NCBI RefSeq assembly: GCF_018977255.1
Contig: NW_024704743.1
Span: 56,174,001 to 56,238,000 of the forward strand
Direction: 5' to 3'
DNA length: 64,000 nt
From: Callorhinchus milii
Taxonomy: Eukaryota
In this document: positions 1-12,452 of the stretch, piece by piece
How positions within the stretch are numbered: position 1 is the stretch's first letter
Layout: the number at the start of each line of letters is the position of its first letter
Notes under the pieces: model-generated
Databases searched by the model: none
Told to the model about the DNA's origin: nothing
The model's input: the letters and a program-made list of their open reading frames with translations, nothing else
Translations under genes and position numbers: made by a program

Positions 1-539
1 GCTCATAACATTGCTCCCTGTCTTCAATTACTCCCACACTTACTGGCTTCATTGAATCTCGGGAAAAGACCCCTGACTGTCACTGCATACCCAGCTACCG
101 GTTGGCTGCATTGAGTTGCGGAAACATAGTCTTGATCCATCACCACGTGCACAGAAGAACGCTATTTCCCATGATTCAATGTAGTTACAATGCTTGCCAG
201 TAAGTACCATGTGGTGACGGGTGGGTTAAGCTGCTTTGAATCGCAGGAAACATTCTTCGACCATCACCCTGTGCGCACTTACTGCTGCATTGAATTACAC
301 ATGCGCAGTTTAAATTATTGATGAAATTAAATCAATTAAATGTAGATTATTGATTAAATTGTTTATGATTTATACACGTTTACCTGCAACTCAGACTTCG
401 CTTAACTCACATTAAATATTATGATTTGGGCTGATACAATTTATGTGAGTTTTACTGTAGTGATGCTGTATAGTTGTGAAGTTTATACTAATTTTTTTTT
501 GAAAGTGACACATTTGTTCAATATTGGACAATCCCCTAG
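1..539 (+). mobile_element. Possible 3' end of a non-autonomous Helitron
   Basis: Near-palindrome ttgttcaat/attggacaa (514-531) followed by CTAG (536-539); diverged internal repeats at about 106-150 vs 231-274 and 37-57 vs 276-295. Confidence 0.45.
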
Positions 540-3317
540 CAGTAACAAGTGTGTTTTATGATGCACTGGATCTTTCTAATACAATATTTTGAGTTTGAGT
601 TGATTTACTACCTATTAATGGACTGAACATCAGTAATCAATTATCACTGTCAATTATAAAAATGTCTCTAACATCTCTATTACCTATATCGTTTCTACCA
701 GTTCAACAACTGTCTACATAAAGGAGGTGACATAGAAAGACTGTTTTATATCAATAATCACTGTGGGGAAGTACTTCCATAGAGCATTTGATGCCAAAGG
801 CTAACTTTCTTGTGCTGTGTGTGCAAATGGCACCAACAAGCCTTTGTAAATCTTTGCAAAAAGCCCACGGCATCAGTTGCCAGGACCATCATAACTCTGG
901 ATCACGAGAGGCTTTTGGAATGTCATTTTTGCTACAGAGGCTGAACACCCAGCATATTCTCCCGTCAATCCAGCAATCAGCACCTTCATCCTCTGAAAGG
1001 CTTCATGGATAAGCAGATCCCAGGGGCTTTCATTCCCACCAACATCTTAATTTCAGATTCACAATAAAATTGTAGCCACTGCTCTTCTGCAGATAGTTGT
1101 GGTCATTAAACAGCACTTTCTTTCAATTTTTTCCTGCTTCAAACCCTAAATATTGATCTGTTGTAAATATTTCATTAATACTTTAGTGTATGATACCTGT
1201 TTTTTGGTCTCCAGTTTCTCACTGTCCTTTTCTCCCGAAGGTTTTCGACTCTTTATTCTACAGGGTTTCTACAGGGCCCAATTTCCTAGCCTGGAGTTCA
1301 TTACTCATATGTGAGCCTCGACAGTTCATGATGGCAAACCTCTTCTTATCTGTTGATCACACTTGTACCTGTCCACCCTCTGACACCTTCCAGCAGAGTG
1401 CTTGGATAGCGAGGAAGAGTGGATGATGTATTGGAATATTTGATCTGCTGACTACTTTCTGAATTAAAATTATTCTTGACAGAGAGCTTTTTTTTCCCCT
1501 TGCTAAACCTTCCCTCTCCACCCCCCCATCTCAGCTTAGTTTGGATACTCTTAAGTATGGTGATGGGTTTCTCCATGTGTCAGACACCCAGTTATCCAAA
1601 CCCTCACAAACTCTTCTCTGCTTCAGTTTATACATATTCATAAGCTTGAAGTGGTTTAGTTTGATAAGCAATAATTGGACGACCTAGGGCTCTTCAGGCT
1701 TGGGATGCGGGAGGAAAGAGACTTCTCAAAGGGGAACTGTCTGAAATAATCAAGGAGCATTGCTTTCAGATGCACTGAGATGTCAGAACAAGAACAAACA
1801 GGGTTAGGGTCACAAAGGACTGTTATAGGACAGATGCAGCTTTTATTTTCCCAGAGGAGGAAAAACCTGGAACAGGTTACCAGGCAGGTTTGTTGAGGAA
1901 AAATACTTGACTCGCTTTTTTAACAAAAAATACTTGTTCTGTGATGGGAGTACGGTGATATAGATATTGTAGAAGAATGAGATTAAATGGGCCGAAGGGT
2001 CTTCATTCGTCTGAAATTGTGATTTCATGCATTATGGAAGAAAAATGGTTACTGATTAAATTAAAACTATCTAGAAAGGTGTTTCTCTTTTTTCTTTGCC
2101 AATTTATTTTGGTCTCAGAAGGTGAATTATGGTAATGAGATTCAGAGTCCTAGACTGCCATGATATTGACTGCAGGCAAAATGTATTAGACCTCAACTTC
2201 AGATTGTGAATAGCATAACCAATGTTGAATCTGGAGAGAATGAACTGATGGGTTTGGCTGCTTGGGTTGAACGTCTTCATCTGTGAGAACAATTTTGACT
2301 TGCATTATTAATAATGGGTACAAATCATGAATGGGCAAAATAGACAATTTTATGTATTAAATGGTTATTTTTAAAAACAGTTTTGAATTTTAATAGAGAA
2401 GCTTCACAGATGCTCTTCCAACAAATTTTATGTCACAAATTTGTGCTTGCAGTTCTGTAAAAGCTTTTTTTTGCCTCTTGGGAGTGTGATTAAAATGGAA
2501 AGAATGTTTTAAGAAATGCTCTTATTCAGACTTGCAACTGAATCTTACTTTTTCTATTTAAGAAAGAGGAGCAAGTGAAACATCCATAGGGAATTACATG
2601 AAAAGAGCCATAAATGAACCATCTATATTCAAGTCCAGCGTACATTTGCACATTTCTAAGCTTCCAGAATTTAATATCATGAATAACTTCTTTGCTTTGA
2701 AAAGTACACTTAAAATAAGCAAATCTGGTGCAAATGCTAGGACAATGATTCCATCTGTTGCTGCTTATTGTAGGATTTACTGTAAAGTGTAGTGACAGTA
2801 ATTCTGTAGGTGAAAGCAGCAGCTAATTTGCGCACGGCAATGTCCCACAAGCAGCCATGTGGGATCATTTTTTATCTGGGGGATTGCTGGCCAGGATGCT
2901 GGGAGAAACTCTCCTCTCTTACTGCAGTTGTGACATTGCCTTGAACAGGCAGATGGGATCATGAAAAACAAGCTATGGCTATCAGACGAATGAAAAATTT
3001 AGTTCAGTAACGAAAAACAGCACACAGAACTTAATGGGAGAAAACTGGCAAGATGCTGATAGTAGAAGAAAAATGTACTCGCCTTTAAATGAAACACCTG
3101 TTCAATATAAACATAACACAAGAAAAAGTAATTGTTAAACAATTTCATTACAAGGTGTGTTGGGGACACATAAGTGAGGAAGACTGCATAGCAGATATTG
3201 CCCATTTATGGAAGTGCTACATGGCTACATTTCCATTATTTGGAACATGTTTCAGTCAGAATTTGACTATCTTAAGCAATAGGAGTCACTTGATTTGGAG
3301 TCTCATCTTAATATTTC

Positions 3318-3602
3318 CAACTGTTTTGGATGAGACCTTAAACCAAGGTCAAGTCTTTCTGTTCAGGTAGACGTTAAAAATTCCATGGAATTTATCGAGA
3401 AAGGAGTTTCTCCCAATGTCCTGGCAAACAATGCTCCCAGATAAAATTGGTCATCACTTCCTGGATGTTCATGGGATGTTGCTGTGTGCAAAATTGGCAG
3501 CTGGATTCACCTACAAACGTCACTACACTTTACAGTGAAATCCGGTGAAGCGTTTTGAGACATTTGGACGATGTGGTAAGGCATAATATGCAAATGCAAG
3601 GG
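3318..3602 (+). mobile_element. Deu-domain SINE, 5'-truncated
   Basis: ggatgagaccttaaaccaaggtc...gttcaggtagacgttaaaaattccatgg...gtcctggc core and gtgaagcgttttgagaca...aaatgcaagg tail, shared with other copies in the window. Confidence 0.7.
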
Positions 3603-4979
3603 TTAAGAGTTATCTTTTATACAGTGGATAGAAAAGCTATTGGTCTCTTTCAATACACAATTTATTTTTATCTCAACCAAGTCATTCAGCAGCTATTGTG
3701 TTGCACTTGCTTCAGATGTCTGTTCTCTCCAGAATCTCTAACTTGGGGAATGTAGTTTCATTATTTACGTTTTCAAATGTTTTTTATGTGCTGATACTTA
3801 GGGAGTCTCGACTCAGCATTGCAAATGGTTCTGGATATTCCTCTTATAACTTGGCCACTGTCAAGGATGTGGCTTCACAGAGCAGAGGAATGCCTTTTAT
3901 GTGTTTCATTCTCTCCTTTCAAGAGGAGCCTCTGCTAAAGTATAATGCTGTAACAAAAAATGGTGCTTCATAGCAGATATTATGTGATAATTCACATCAA
4001 ATATTGTTAAATATTGTAATTCCAGTCTAATAATTCTCCCTTTCTCCCTCTTTTTCTCCCACCCCACATTAACTCAAATGTTACTTCCTTTTTTCAAAAA
4101 GGAATTTTTAAGCTCATCCTTGCTGAAACAGGGTATTTATATGATTAATAATAAAAACACCCAGAAAAATTGAAAGTGTTTGGCCGAATCAATTAATTCT
4201 GCGGTAGAGAAAGGAGTTCATACTAAAATTCCACTGTTTTGATAGATTTGATGTGAGAATTTATTGGATTGAAGGTGTTACGAAATGTCAAATCATCTTA
4301 ATGATTCCTTAGCGAAAGTGATGGATCTGTAGAAGTTATTGTTTGTGGGATTTGGAACTAATTATGTAACCGCAGGGACGTGATCTGGTCCATCTCATTA
4401 AATGCACAAGCTATGAGTTTGTTCTCAGCAAGTGTCTCTCTGGGAGGTTTACTCTCCACCCCAGGAGAGAGAGTGCTGAAATGCCTGAGATATTGTCAGT
4501 CATCTCACTTCCAGCTGGCTTATTACTGATTTTTAGGACCAGATTTCTCGTTTTGGATTTAAACCTTGAGCATAGCAAGGAAAGGTGGTGTGCCATCCAG
4601 CTGAACAATTAATTCAAGCAACAGACCTCTTAAGTTAGTTTTCCTAAACACTGCTTATCTTAACCATAATATGTACAGTTTACCTTCTACTTTTTTAAAA
4701 GAAAAAGTTGACCAATTCACTTACAAATGATTTTATGTATTTTAGAAAAATCTCCTTTTTTTTAAGACTCAAAGTTCATGTGGCTTCATTTATTTGTTCC
4801 TTGAGTGATATAGCTCAGGTCCTCTATGGAACATGAAAAGATTGAAAGGTGCCATTGCAGCATTGCAAGTTCTGATTGATAGTTTAGAATAAAAATACAG
4901 ATGGCTTGGCTTCAAAGACTCTGCATTTTCTTTTTAAAATTGGGAGTCTCATGTTCTTAAATTTGTTTTTAACTCACAG

Positions 4980-5142
4980 CCAATAGACTTTGAAGGCTTC
5001 AAGCTGTTTATGAAGACATTCTTGGAGGCAGAGTTGCCTGATGACTTCTGTCAGCATCTCTTCATGTCATTCAGGAACAAGTCCTCCCCAAGCCCTTCAT
5101 CACAGGAGAGGAATTCCAACAGCTCTCAGCTCCCCGCTGGAG
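4980..5142 (+). CDS. DGKB: DGK beta internal coding exon (recoverin-homology region), [36 protein letters not shown]...PAG
   Basis: cacag| acceptor, G|gtaagc donor; 163 nt, phase 0 to 1; peptide matches the remembered [26 protein letters not shown]. Confidence 0.95.
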
Positions 5143-5367
5143 GTAAGCACATCAGCTCCTCTAAATCAGCACGTATCCAGGACTTCTGTTTCCAGACAGC
5201 ATGAAGAGCTTGAACAATTCCTAAAGGGGCAAACTGTCCTCTTGATTTTAATGTTTTATGTGGTGCAAATGCTATGCTCTTCTGTAGGATGTATGCAAAC
5301 TTATTTTAATGTGCTGGCAATGAGTTGGTGAGTCTTTGTTAATTTAATTGAGGCTCAATTTAACTTT

Positions 5368-5682
5368 TGCCTCAGTCAGAAAGTTGTGGATTCAAACCTC
5401 TTGTAACAACTTTGTACTTTGACCTCGCATAGTCTAGGCTGACCCTCCAATGCTGACCCTCCAGTCCTTTCAATGAGATACCAAGGTTTAGATGAATGTG
5501 AAAGATCCCATCGTACTATTGAAAAAGAAGAGAGTTTCTCCTGGTGTTCCAAATAAAATTGGCCATTCACTTCTTCATGGCTGTTTATGGGGCATTGCTA
5601 AGTGTGAACTGGCTGCTGTATTTGCCTACAATATACAATCCATGGATTTTACAGTAAATCCTGTGATCCACTTTGAGATCCA
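5368..5682 (+). mobile_element. Deu-domain SINE, degraded
   Basis: agtcagaaagttgtggattcaa head remnant, aaagatcccat...tttctcctggtgt core. Confidence 0.65.
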
Positions 5683-6203
5683 CTAGCTCTTAGAGTGTCC
5701 ATCAACTGTAATCTCAAGTGAGATTTGTTCAGGCTCTAGTTCCTATGCCCTTGGCACAATGGTAGAATGTGAAGTCCAAGGGAATCCCTGCTCTAAACAT
5801 TTTTTTCCCCCTACCTGATAGTGGTATTTCAACATGAATGATCAGGAAGTCGACTAGATTTTCTCTACTTATTTGAAAGTGAAAATCTGCCGCCAAAACA
5901 AACTAAAAAATTTCAAGCGACCTCAGCAAGCAGGGCAGACCCACAGGTGAGCACAGCCGGGACTCACTTAGCCAATTCGAAGCAATTAGCACTCTTGATT
6001 TCTGCTTTCCCGCAGTTGATGGTTTAGTATGCTTGAGTTGCACAGCACTTCAATTGCTTCTTCATCGACACCCACCAAGTGGGCAATTTGGTATTGAGGA
6101 GTGCTCTGTTGGCTCCAGTAAAACAGCAAGAGGCAGCATGCCTTCAGTCCCATGGACAGGCTTCAGAAAAAAAACATAGAAACAGTTGTTTATGTGCTGG
6201 TGC

Positions 6204-6251
6204 AATATATATATATATGTGTATATATATGTGTGTGTATAATATATATAC
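6204..6251. repeat. (AT)n/(GT)n microsatellite
   Basis: atatatatatatatgtgtatatatatgtgtgtgtataatatatata. Confidence 0.85.
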
Positions 6252-7989
6252 AACATTACATTGTATAGTGCCTTTCACGTCAGGAGGACGTCCTTATATA
6301 TAATATCAAAAATATATATATTTCATGTTGGGATGACTTTCCAACGTTCTTCACAGTCCTGGTTTGACACCTCATCTGGAGACGGCAGCAGTAGTCAAAG
6401 AGGTAGGTCTCGAGATGGTCCTTGAAATATCCATATTCTGGTGCACATTTGTATCTGTAGAGGAGTCACCATATATAGAGGAAACTATGGCCTCGGTGGG
6501 ATAAATGTTAAGATTTTAAGTGATCCAAGAATGGATGCATAGTCACCAGCCATGATCCAAACCTACTGAGTTTTGAACTTTGCAAAAGCTGGTACTTTAA
6601 GGAATGGTTTTCTTTTTCTGGATTGGAATCCGTTTTTTTTAAGCAGCCAAAACATTGCTCTTAGGGGTCTGAGCGAAGCACTGAAGCTCACAATTGATGC
6701 ACCACTTTAAAAACAATTTATCAGGCTTTTTTTCTCCCAGTTTGTTTCCTTACAGCAACAAGCCTCCTTGTGCCGCGCTCTGAGCTATCTGCAGTTTGTG
6801 TGGCCTAAACTGTGCAGAGTAAACAGAAAGGTGTTTACTCAGCTGCACTTTGAGTAGAATTTGGAAAGAGAGGATATGTTCCATCTTCATTAATCACACA
6901 ACACGCTGGCTACAAAAACACACTGATGCAGGGTGCTTGCTGGGATGGAAGGACCACGGGCTGTTTCTTATACAGATCTGGAACTGGTGCCCTTACAAAC
7001 TGAACTTGGCCAGGTCAACATGAGGGGATTGTTTTGCCCTCCCATTGAGTTGGGTGGGAGCTGATTGATTTATAGTAGCAGAATGAAGGAGTGCTCCAGG
7101 ATGACTCTCTACAAAGTGCTTATGTCTAAATCGAAAGTAAAGCAACTTATTTCACCAGTTCATTTTTTTAAAAAGAATCCAGTAAAGATGTTTTGGAAAA
7201 CTCACTGTGTGCAGAGTTCTGATGTAGGCTGTCACATTTTGTCATTTTAACATGAGCTGCTGAAAGATAATGTAGTACGATGAGCATTTTTACTGTAATT
7301 AAATCTTTGATTGAAAGAGTGTCCTTTAGGACCACGCAAGGTGTGGAAGATTAGTTCATGATGTGCCTGCAAGGCACGCAAATACTGTGCTATTTTGGAA
7401 ACTGTTAGTAAACCAAGTTTATGCTGCTACCAGGTGGTGGGACAGAGTATGGCATTTCTCTATCTTGTAGATTCGAGGATCAATGGGTATATAATACAAA
7501 CCATTATAAACATCAATCTGTGAACTTTTTTCCATTTCTTTGTGTCAAATTTAATCTACAAGGGTAGCTACAGCAGCTTTGAGACATTTGGCTACTATTC
7601 ACATTAGAAATCATCCTCTGTGGTTATGTGCAACCAAAGGTGTTGCTTTTAAATCAGGGTGGCTAAAGATTTGGGGACAAGTTCTTTGAAACAATTACAG
7701 TAAACGGTTAAACAATATCAGAATGTCCTGCAGATTTTGGGTTGTGCACATATGCACTGCGCAGTTACTTGAAAATGCCCTGGGACTCTAACCTGCGTGA
7801 GGGGAGCTATATAATACAAGTTATTATTGCTGTTGAATGAAATGGGATGCTTTAAAACAAACAACAGTGGGCTATTTGGCCTAAACCTTGTGCCCATTAT
7901 GTCTGTGGAAGCATTAGGAGGGGTAGATAAGCAGAGAGATTGAGAAGTTCAAGTTCATGGATCCTAAAAATCTAATTCACAATGCAGAA

Positions 7990-8607
7990 AATAACAAAGC
8001 AGTGCAACCAAATGGGTTGTTGACATTTATTACAAGAAGACTGGAATATAAAAGTAAGGAGGTCCTTCACAAGCTATAGAGACAATGTTCAGACCTCATT
8101 TTGAGCAACGTATTCAGTTTTGAATATGTGATTTTAGTACGGAGATATTGGCCTTGGCGGGTGTCCAGCGACTATTCACCAGGTTAATACCTGAGTTGAA
8201 TGGGCTCAGCTATGATGAGCAGGTAGATTGGTATTGTATTCTTTAAAGCTAAGAGAGTTAAGAGATGATTTGATTGAGGTATTCATAATAAATAAAGCTT
8301 TGACAGGTTAGATAGTAGACAGTTCTTCCCTTTCATGGAGCAATTAATTCCAAGGGGCAGAGCCTTAAAATGTTAACCAAGACGGACAGGTCAGGAAGCA
8401 TTCCTTCCCACTGAGGGTTAGGAAAATATGGAATGTTCTGCCCGGAAACCTGTAGAGGTGGAATCAATAGGGATGTTTAAATTGGTGAAATAATTAAAGG
8501 ATGGGGTACAGTGAAAAGATGGGGTATTGGGATTCAACTATCTGGCAAAATTTAACAAATTGGTGGAATGGCCTGAATAGCCTCTTCCTATTTCAATTTC
8601 CCATGTT
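7990..8607 (+). mobile_element. Old CR1 LINE 3' fragment
   Basis: Degenerate LEYKSKEV...YSV coding remnant and 3' UTR gcctgaatagcctcttcct; colinear with the younger CR1 at 57221-57970. Confidence 0.8.
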
Positions 8608-8848
8608 GATAATCCATTTCCCTACTTTTTCTCCAAATAAATCTGCAGCTAACAAGTATCCTATAAAAAGCTCTTTCATGGTATTTCTGCCAAGATGCGT
8701 GTTGGAGTCTCTCTTGCCTGAGCTAAAGTTTTCCCCTCACCAATACCTACTCCCCACTCCATCGCCCGGCCAGAATTAGTGGAAGGGTCAAATAAAACTC
8801 CCAAAGACACTTGAAGAAATATAACTATGCACCATTTTTATTTTATAG

Positions 8849-9019
8849 GCCTCAAGAACTCTGACACAAAGAGTGGGCTTCAGGTGACTAAAGAAAGCTC
8901 GTCTCCGTCGGTAACCTCTTCGTTTACCAGCATCAATGAATCAGAAGTGGTCCAGCTGAAGGATATTGTCTGCTATCTGTCCCTACTGGAGGGAGGGCGA
9001 CCTGAGGACAAGCTCGAGT
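8849..9019 (+). CDS. DGKB: DGK beta exon, GLKNSDTK...EVVQLKDIVCYLSLLEGGRPEDKLE
   Basis: ttttatag| acceptor, T|gtacgt donor; 171 nt, phase 1 to 1; LKDIVCYLSLLE.GRPEDKLE motif of type I DGKs. Confidence 0.93.
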
Positions 9020-9217
9020 GTACGTATAATGTGTACTCCGTTCCAATCAAATTCTATAGACATCTTTTGTACTTGGTCTATGCCTGCACTTTGTGACCAT
9101 CAACTGAAATTATGTGACCGTCAACTGATATTATGTGACAGATCTTACATTGCAGTAAAGATTCATAACTGGAATCATTAATATTTTTGCCTCCCAATAT
9201 ACTGAGCTGTAATTTAA

Positions 9218-9835
9218 CTCTCGCCTCCGAGTCAGAAGGTTATGGGTTCATGTCCCATGTCAACAAATTTGAACTAGGTCTTGAACGGCTAGCACTCCAG
9301 TGCAATGCAGAAGGTGCCTTGATTTGTTGGAGGTGCCGCCCTTTGGATGAACTGTTAAACTACATTCCGGTCTACTTGTTCAGGTAGATGTGAAAGATAT
9401 TACATTTCTACATTTATGCAGTGCTTTTCATTATCGAGAGGATGTCCCAAGGTGCTTGACAGTCTTGGCTTGGAACTCAGTTGGGGTGGGAAGCCGAGGG
9501 GGTTGGGGAGCGGACAGATGATCAAAGACATGGTCAAAGAGGAAGATCTTGAGGCCAAACTTGAAAGAGGTGAGGGAGGAGTATTTGAAAGGATGAAGTT
9601 CCAGGGAGTGAGATTTTTTTTTGAATTTTTGTATTGAAAGAGAAATAGTATTTCTCCTGGTGTCTTGGCGATCCCGCAAATAACATTGGTCAATCATTTC
9701 ATGGCTGTTTGTGTGATATTGCTGTATGCAAATTGGTTTCTGTGTTTGCCTCAAATACATGTACTATACAGTAAATTCTATGTAGTGCTTTGAGACTTCT
9801 TTTCAACATTAAAAATGCTATATCATATTATTTAT
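9218..9835 (+). mobile_element. Deu-domain SINE interrupted by a minus-strand L2 3' fragment (about 9405-9612)
   Basis: Head ctcgcctccgagtcagaaggtt and Deu core to about 9398; L2 tail reverse complement (gtgcttttca...ggatgtcccaaggtgct); SINE resumes at about 9635. Confidence 0.7.
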
Positions 9836-10006
9836 GATTATCCCTCTCCTATTGCTTTTTAGCTGCATTGCATTCTCCCAGATGGTCCTCCTTTATATCA
9901 ATGGCAACTTGAACAATATGTAGAACCAGATCAATGTAGAACTTCTGCATGAGTAGGCTACCATCCTTTTGTTGACAACTTTACTGTGATGCTCTAAGTC
10001 TATTAT

Positions 10007-11870
10007 GGAGTCCCATAGCTCAGTTGTTAGAGCACTCGCCTCACAAGCGAGAGACCTGGGTTTGATTCCTGGGCAGGGCGAAATGGTAGGCACGTTCCTT
10101 ACTCCACATGCCTCTGTTCACCTAGCAGGAAGTAGGAACCCAGTTGTTAGTTGATTGGTACATCGCTTTTCTGGAGGTAATAATTCCTTCAAAAAAAAAT
10201 TTGATCCATTTCAATCCACGACTGCTTTGGAACACTACTGAGTGCATTTGGCTGGTGCCCACAAAATGTACAGTCAATTCACTTTACAGTATATTCCTTG
10301 TCCACCGGTTCAGTTCCCACCCCCCTAAAAACAGCCATCATCACTACCATCCTGATAAAAACCTTCCCTGGACCCATCCCTCTTCTCCAGCTACCGCCCC
10401 ATCTCTAACCTCCCAGTCCTCTCCAAGATCCTGGAATCAGTTGTCGCGTCCCAGTTCTGCTCCTTTCTTTCTCACCATTTCCTCTTTGAACCCCTCCAAT
10501 CCGGCTTCCGCGCTGCCCACAGCACGGAAACAGCTCTGGTCAAAGTCACTAATGACATTCTGAACATCTGTGATCAGGGCTCCCTCTGCCTCCTTGTCCT
10601 CCTCGACCTCTGTGCCGCCTTCGATACTGTCGACCACTCCATCCTCATACATTGCCTCTCCTCATTACTTAATCTTTGCGACCTGCCCTTGCCTGGTTTG
10701 ATTCCTATCTTTCTCACCTTCTCCACTTTGTTGCCTCTAACGGTTTCTCCTCCAGCCTTCGCACTGTCACGTCTGGCATCCCCCAGGGCTTTGTCCTTGG
10801 CCCTCTCTTTAATATCTACATGCTCCCCCTTGGTGACATCATCCGCAGACATGGGGTCAACTTCCATATGTATGCGGATGACACCCAACTCTATCTTTCT
10901 GCCTCCACCCTCAACTCCAGGACCACTGCTGTCCTGACAGACCGCCTGTCGGACATCAAGTCCTGGATGAGGGCAAATTTCCTACAGTTGAATGTGAACA
11001 AGACTGAGGCCCTCCTGATTGACTCCCACCAGCGCCTCAGCACCTCAGGCTCTGGCAGCATCAACCTCCATGGTTGCACACTTCAACTCACCAAACCAGT
11101 CAGGAACCTACATGTCTTGTTCGATCCTCAACTTTTCTCCCACACATACAAGCCATAACCCGCTCCGCCTTCCCTCACCTCCATAACATCGCATGACTCC
11201 GCCACACTTCAGGCCACTGAAACTTGTTCATGCCTTCATCCAGGTTCGACTATGCAAAGGCCCTGCTTGTCAGCCTTCCCAACTCCTCCCTCCACAGGCT
11301 GCGGATAATCCAGAACTCTGCAGCCCTTGACCTCTCTCGCACTAAACTCCGTGACCCTATCTCCCCCATTCTTACCTGACTCCATTGGCTCCCTATCCTT
11401 CAGAGGATCCAGTTCAAGATCCTGGTCCTCACCTACAAAGCCCTCCATGACCTCGCCCCATCCTACCTCTGTGACCTCCTAAACCCCTCCCTCCACTCAG
11501 CCGGCTCTGGCCTGCTCCACATCCCCTGACCCACCCGTCCCACCATGGCGGGAGAGCCTTCAGCCATTCTGCCCCCAACGTCTGGAATTCCATCCCCCAG
11601 TCACTCCACCTTGTCCCCTCCTTAGCCTCCTTCAAGTCCCGCCTCAAGACCCTCCTCTTCAACCATGCCATCAGCCACTCCCCTCCCTTCTCCCCTCCTG
11701 ATCCCAGCTCGGGTCCAAAATGCTGTACACTGTCCAGCGCCTTGGGACGGACGTCCTCCTGATGTGAAAGGCATTATACAAATGTAATCTTGTTGTTTAT
11801 ATTCTATGTGGCGCTTTGAGACATCTCAAAGATGTGATAAGGTTCTATATCAAAACGCAAGGATTATTAT
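10007..11870 (+). mobile_element. tRNA-headed SINE (long form), split by an L2 insertion
   Basis: ggagtcccatagctcagttgttagagcactcgcc head; body stops at 10296 and resumes at 11805 with the gcgctttgagacatc...caaggattattat tail. Confidence 0.85.
10297..11797 (+). mobile_element. L2 LINE, 5'-truncated (RT remnant), with 7-bp TSD
   Basis: ORF 10676-11158 has [11 protein letters not shown] and [10 protein letters not shown]; 3' end gcgccttgggacg...tcttgttgtt; TATATTC at 10290-10296 and 11798-11804. Confidence 0.93.
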
Positions 11871-12452
11871 TTATATTAAAACTCAAGTAAGCAATTTTTT
11901 TTCCACTAATGGAATAATTGTGTACCTGATTTTTAGTCCTAATATCATTTGCTGAGAATTTGGGTAGTACATGGGCAGCATTGTAAACTACAGGCCAATC
12001 ATATTTGAAGCCCCCTTTCCCCAAATAGAGTGTGGAGTCCACTTTGGACTCACAATAACTGGAAGTTGGATACACCTGACTTGCGTCATATCTAAAAAAG
12101 GCACATCAATTAAATCAATAAATTGAGATTATTGTATTTATTCAAAATATTTTACTTTTCAAACTAGGTATTTTTGTTGCTATTGCTATAAATACTCAAG
12201 ACGATCATTTCAATGAAAGCTCTTCACATCAAAGTGAACATCTAAAGGGATGTGTATGTTTGAGAGGGTTCTGTTGCACAGTACAATTGAAACCCATGAC
12301 AAAAGGCCAATTCCTGCTGCACCATTGCACTTACACGTGTAATTCTCATTGATGTGCCTATTTGTGAATCACCAGCTCAAAATAATACATCATTTCAGTA
12401 GGTGTGATCCATTTAGAAAATTTTAAATGCTTTCCATGAATTATGCATGTTT

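Noticed and set aside
2563..4132. Equivalent of the short KQDILNQ segment that I recall preceding this exon in human DGKB
   Set aside because: Candidates at 2563-2574 (KEEQ, weak donor), about 3672-3680 (LNQ, no acceptor) and 4102-4132 (31 nt, wrong phase) are all unconvincing.
5975..6062. Inverted repeat gaagcaatt / aattgcttc as a structured RNA
   Set aside because: Only 9 bp of pairing with no extended stem, which is within chance.
8878..8889. Internal cag|gtgact splice-like site in the 8849 exon
   Set aside because: It is phase 0 while both flanking introns are phase 1, so using it would shift the frame.
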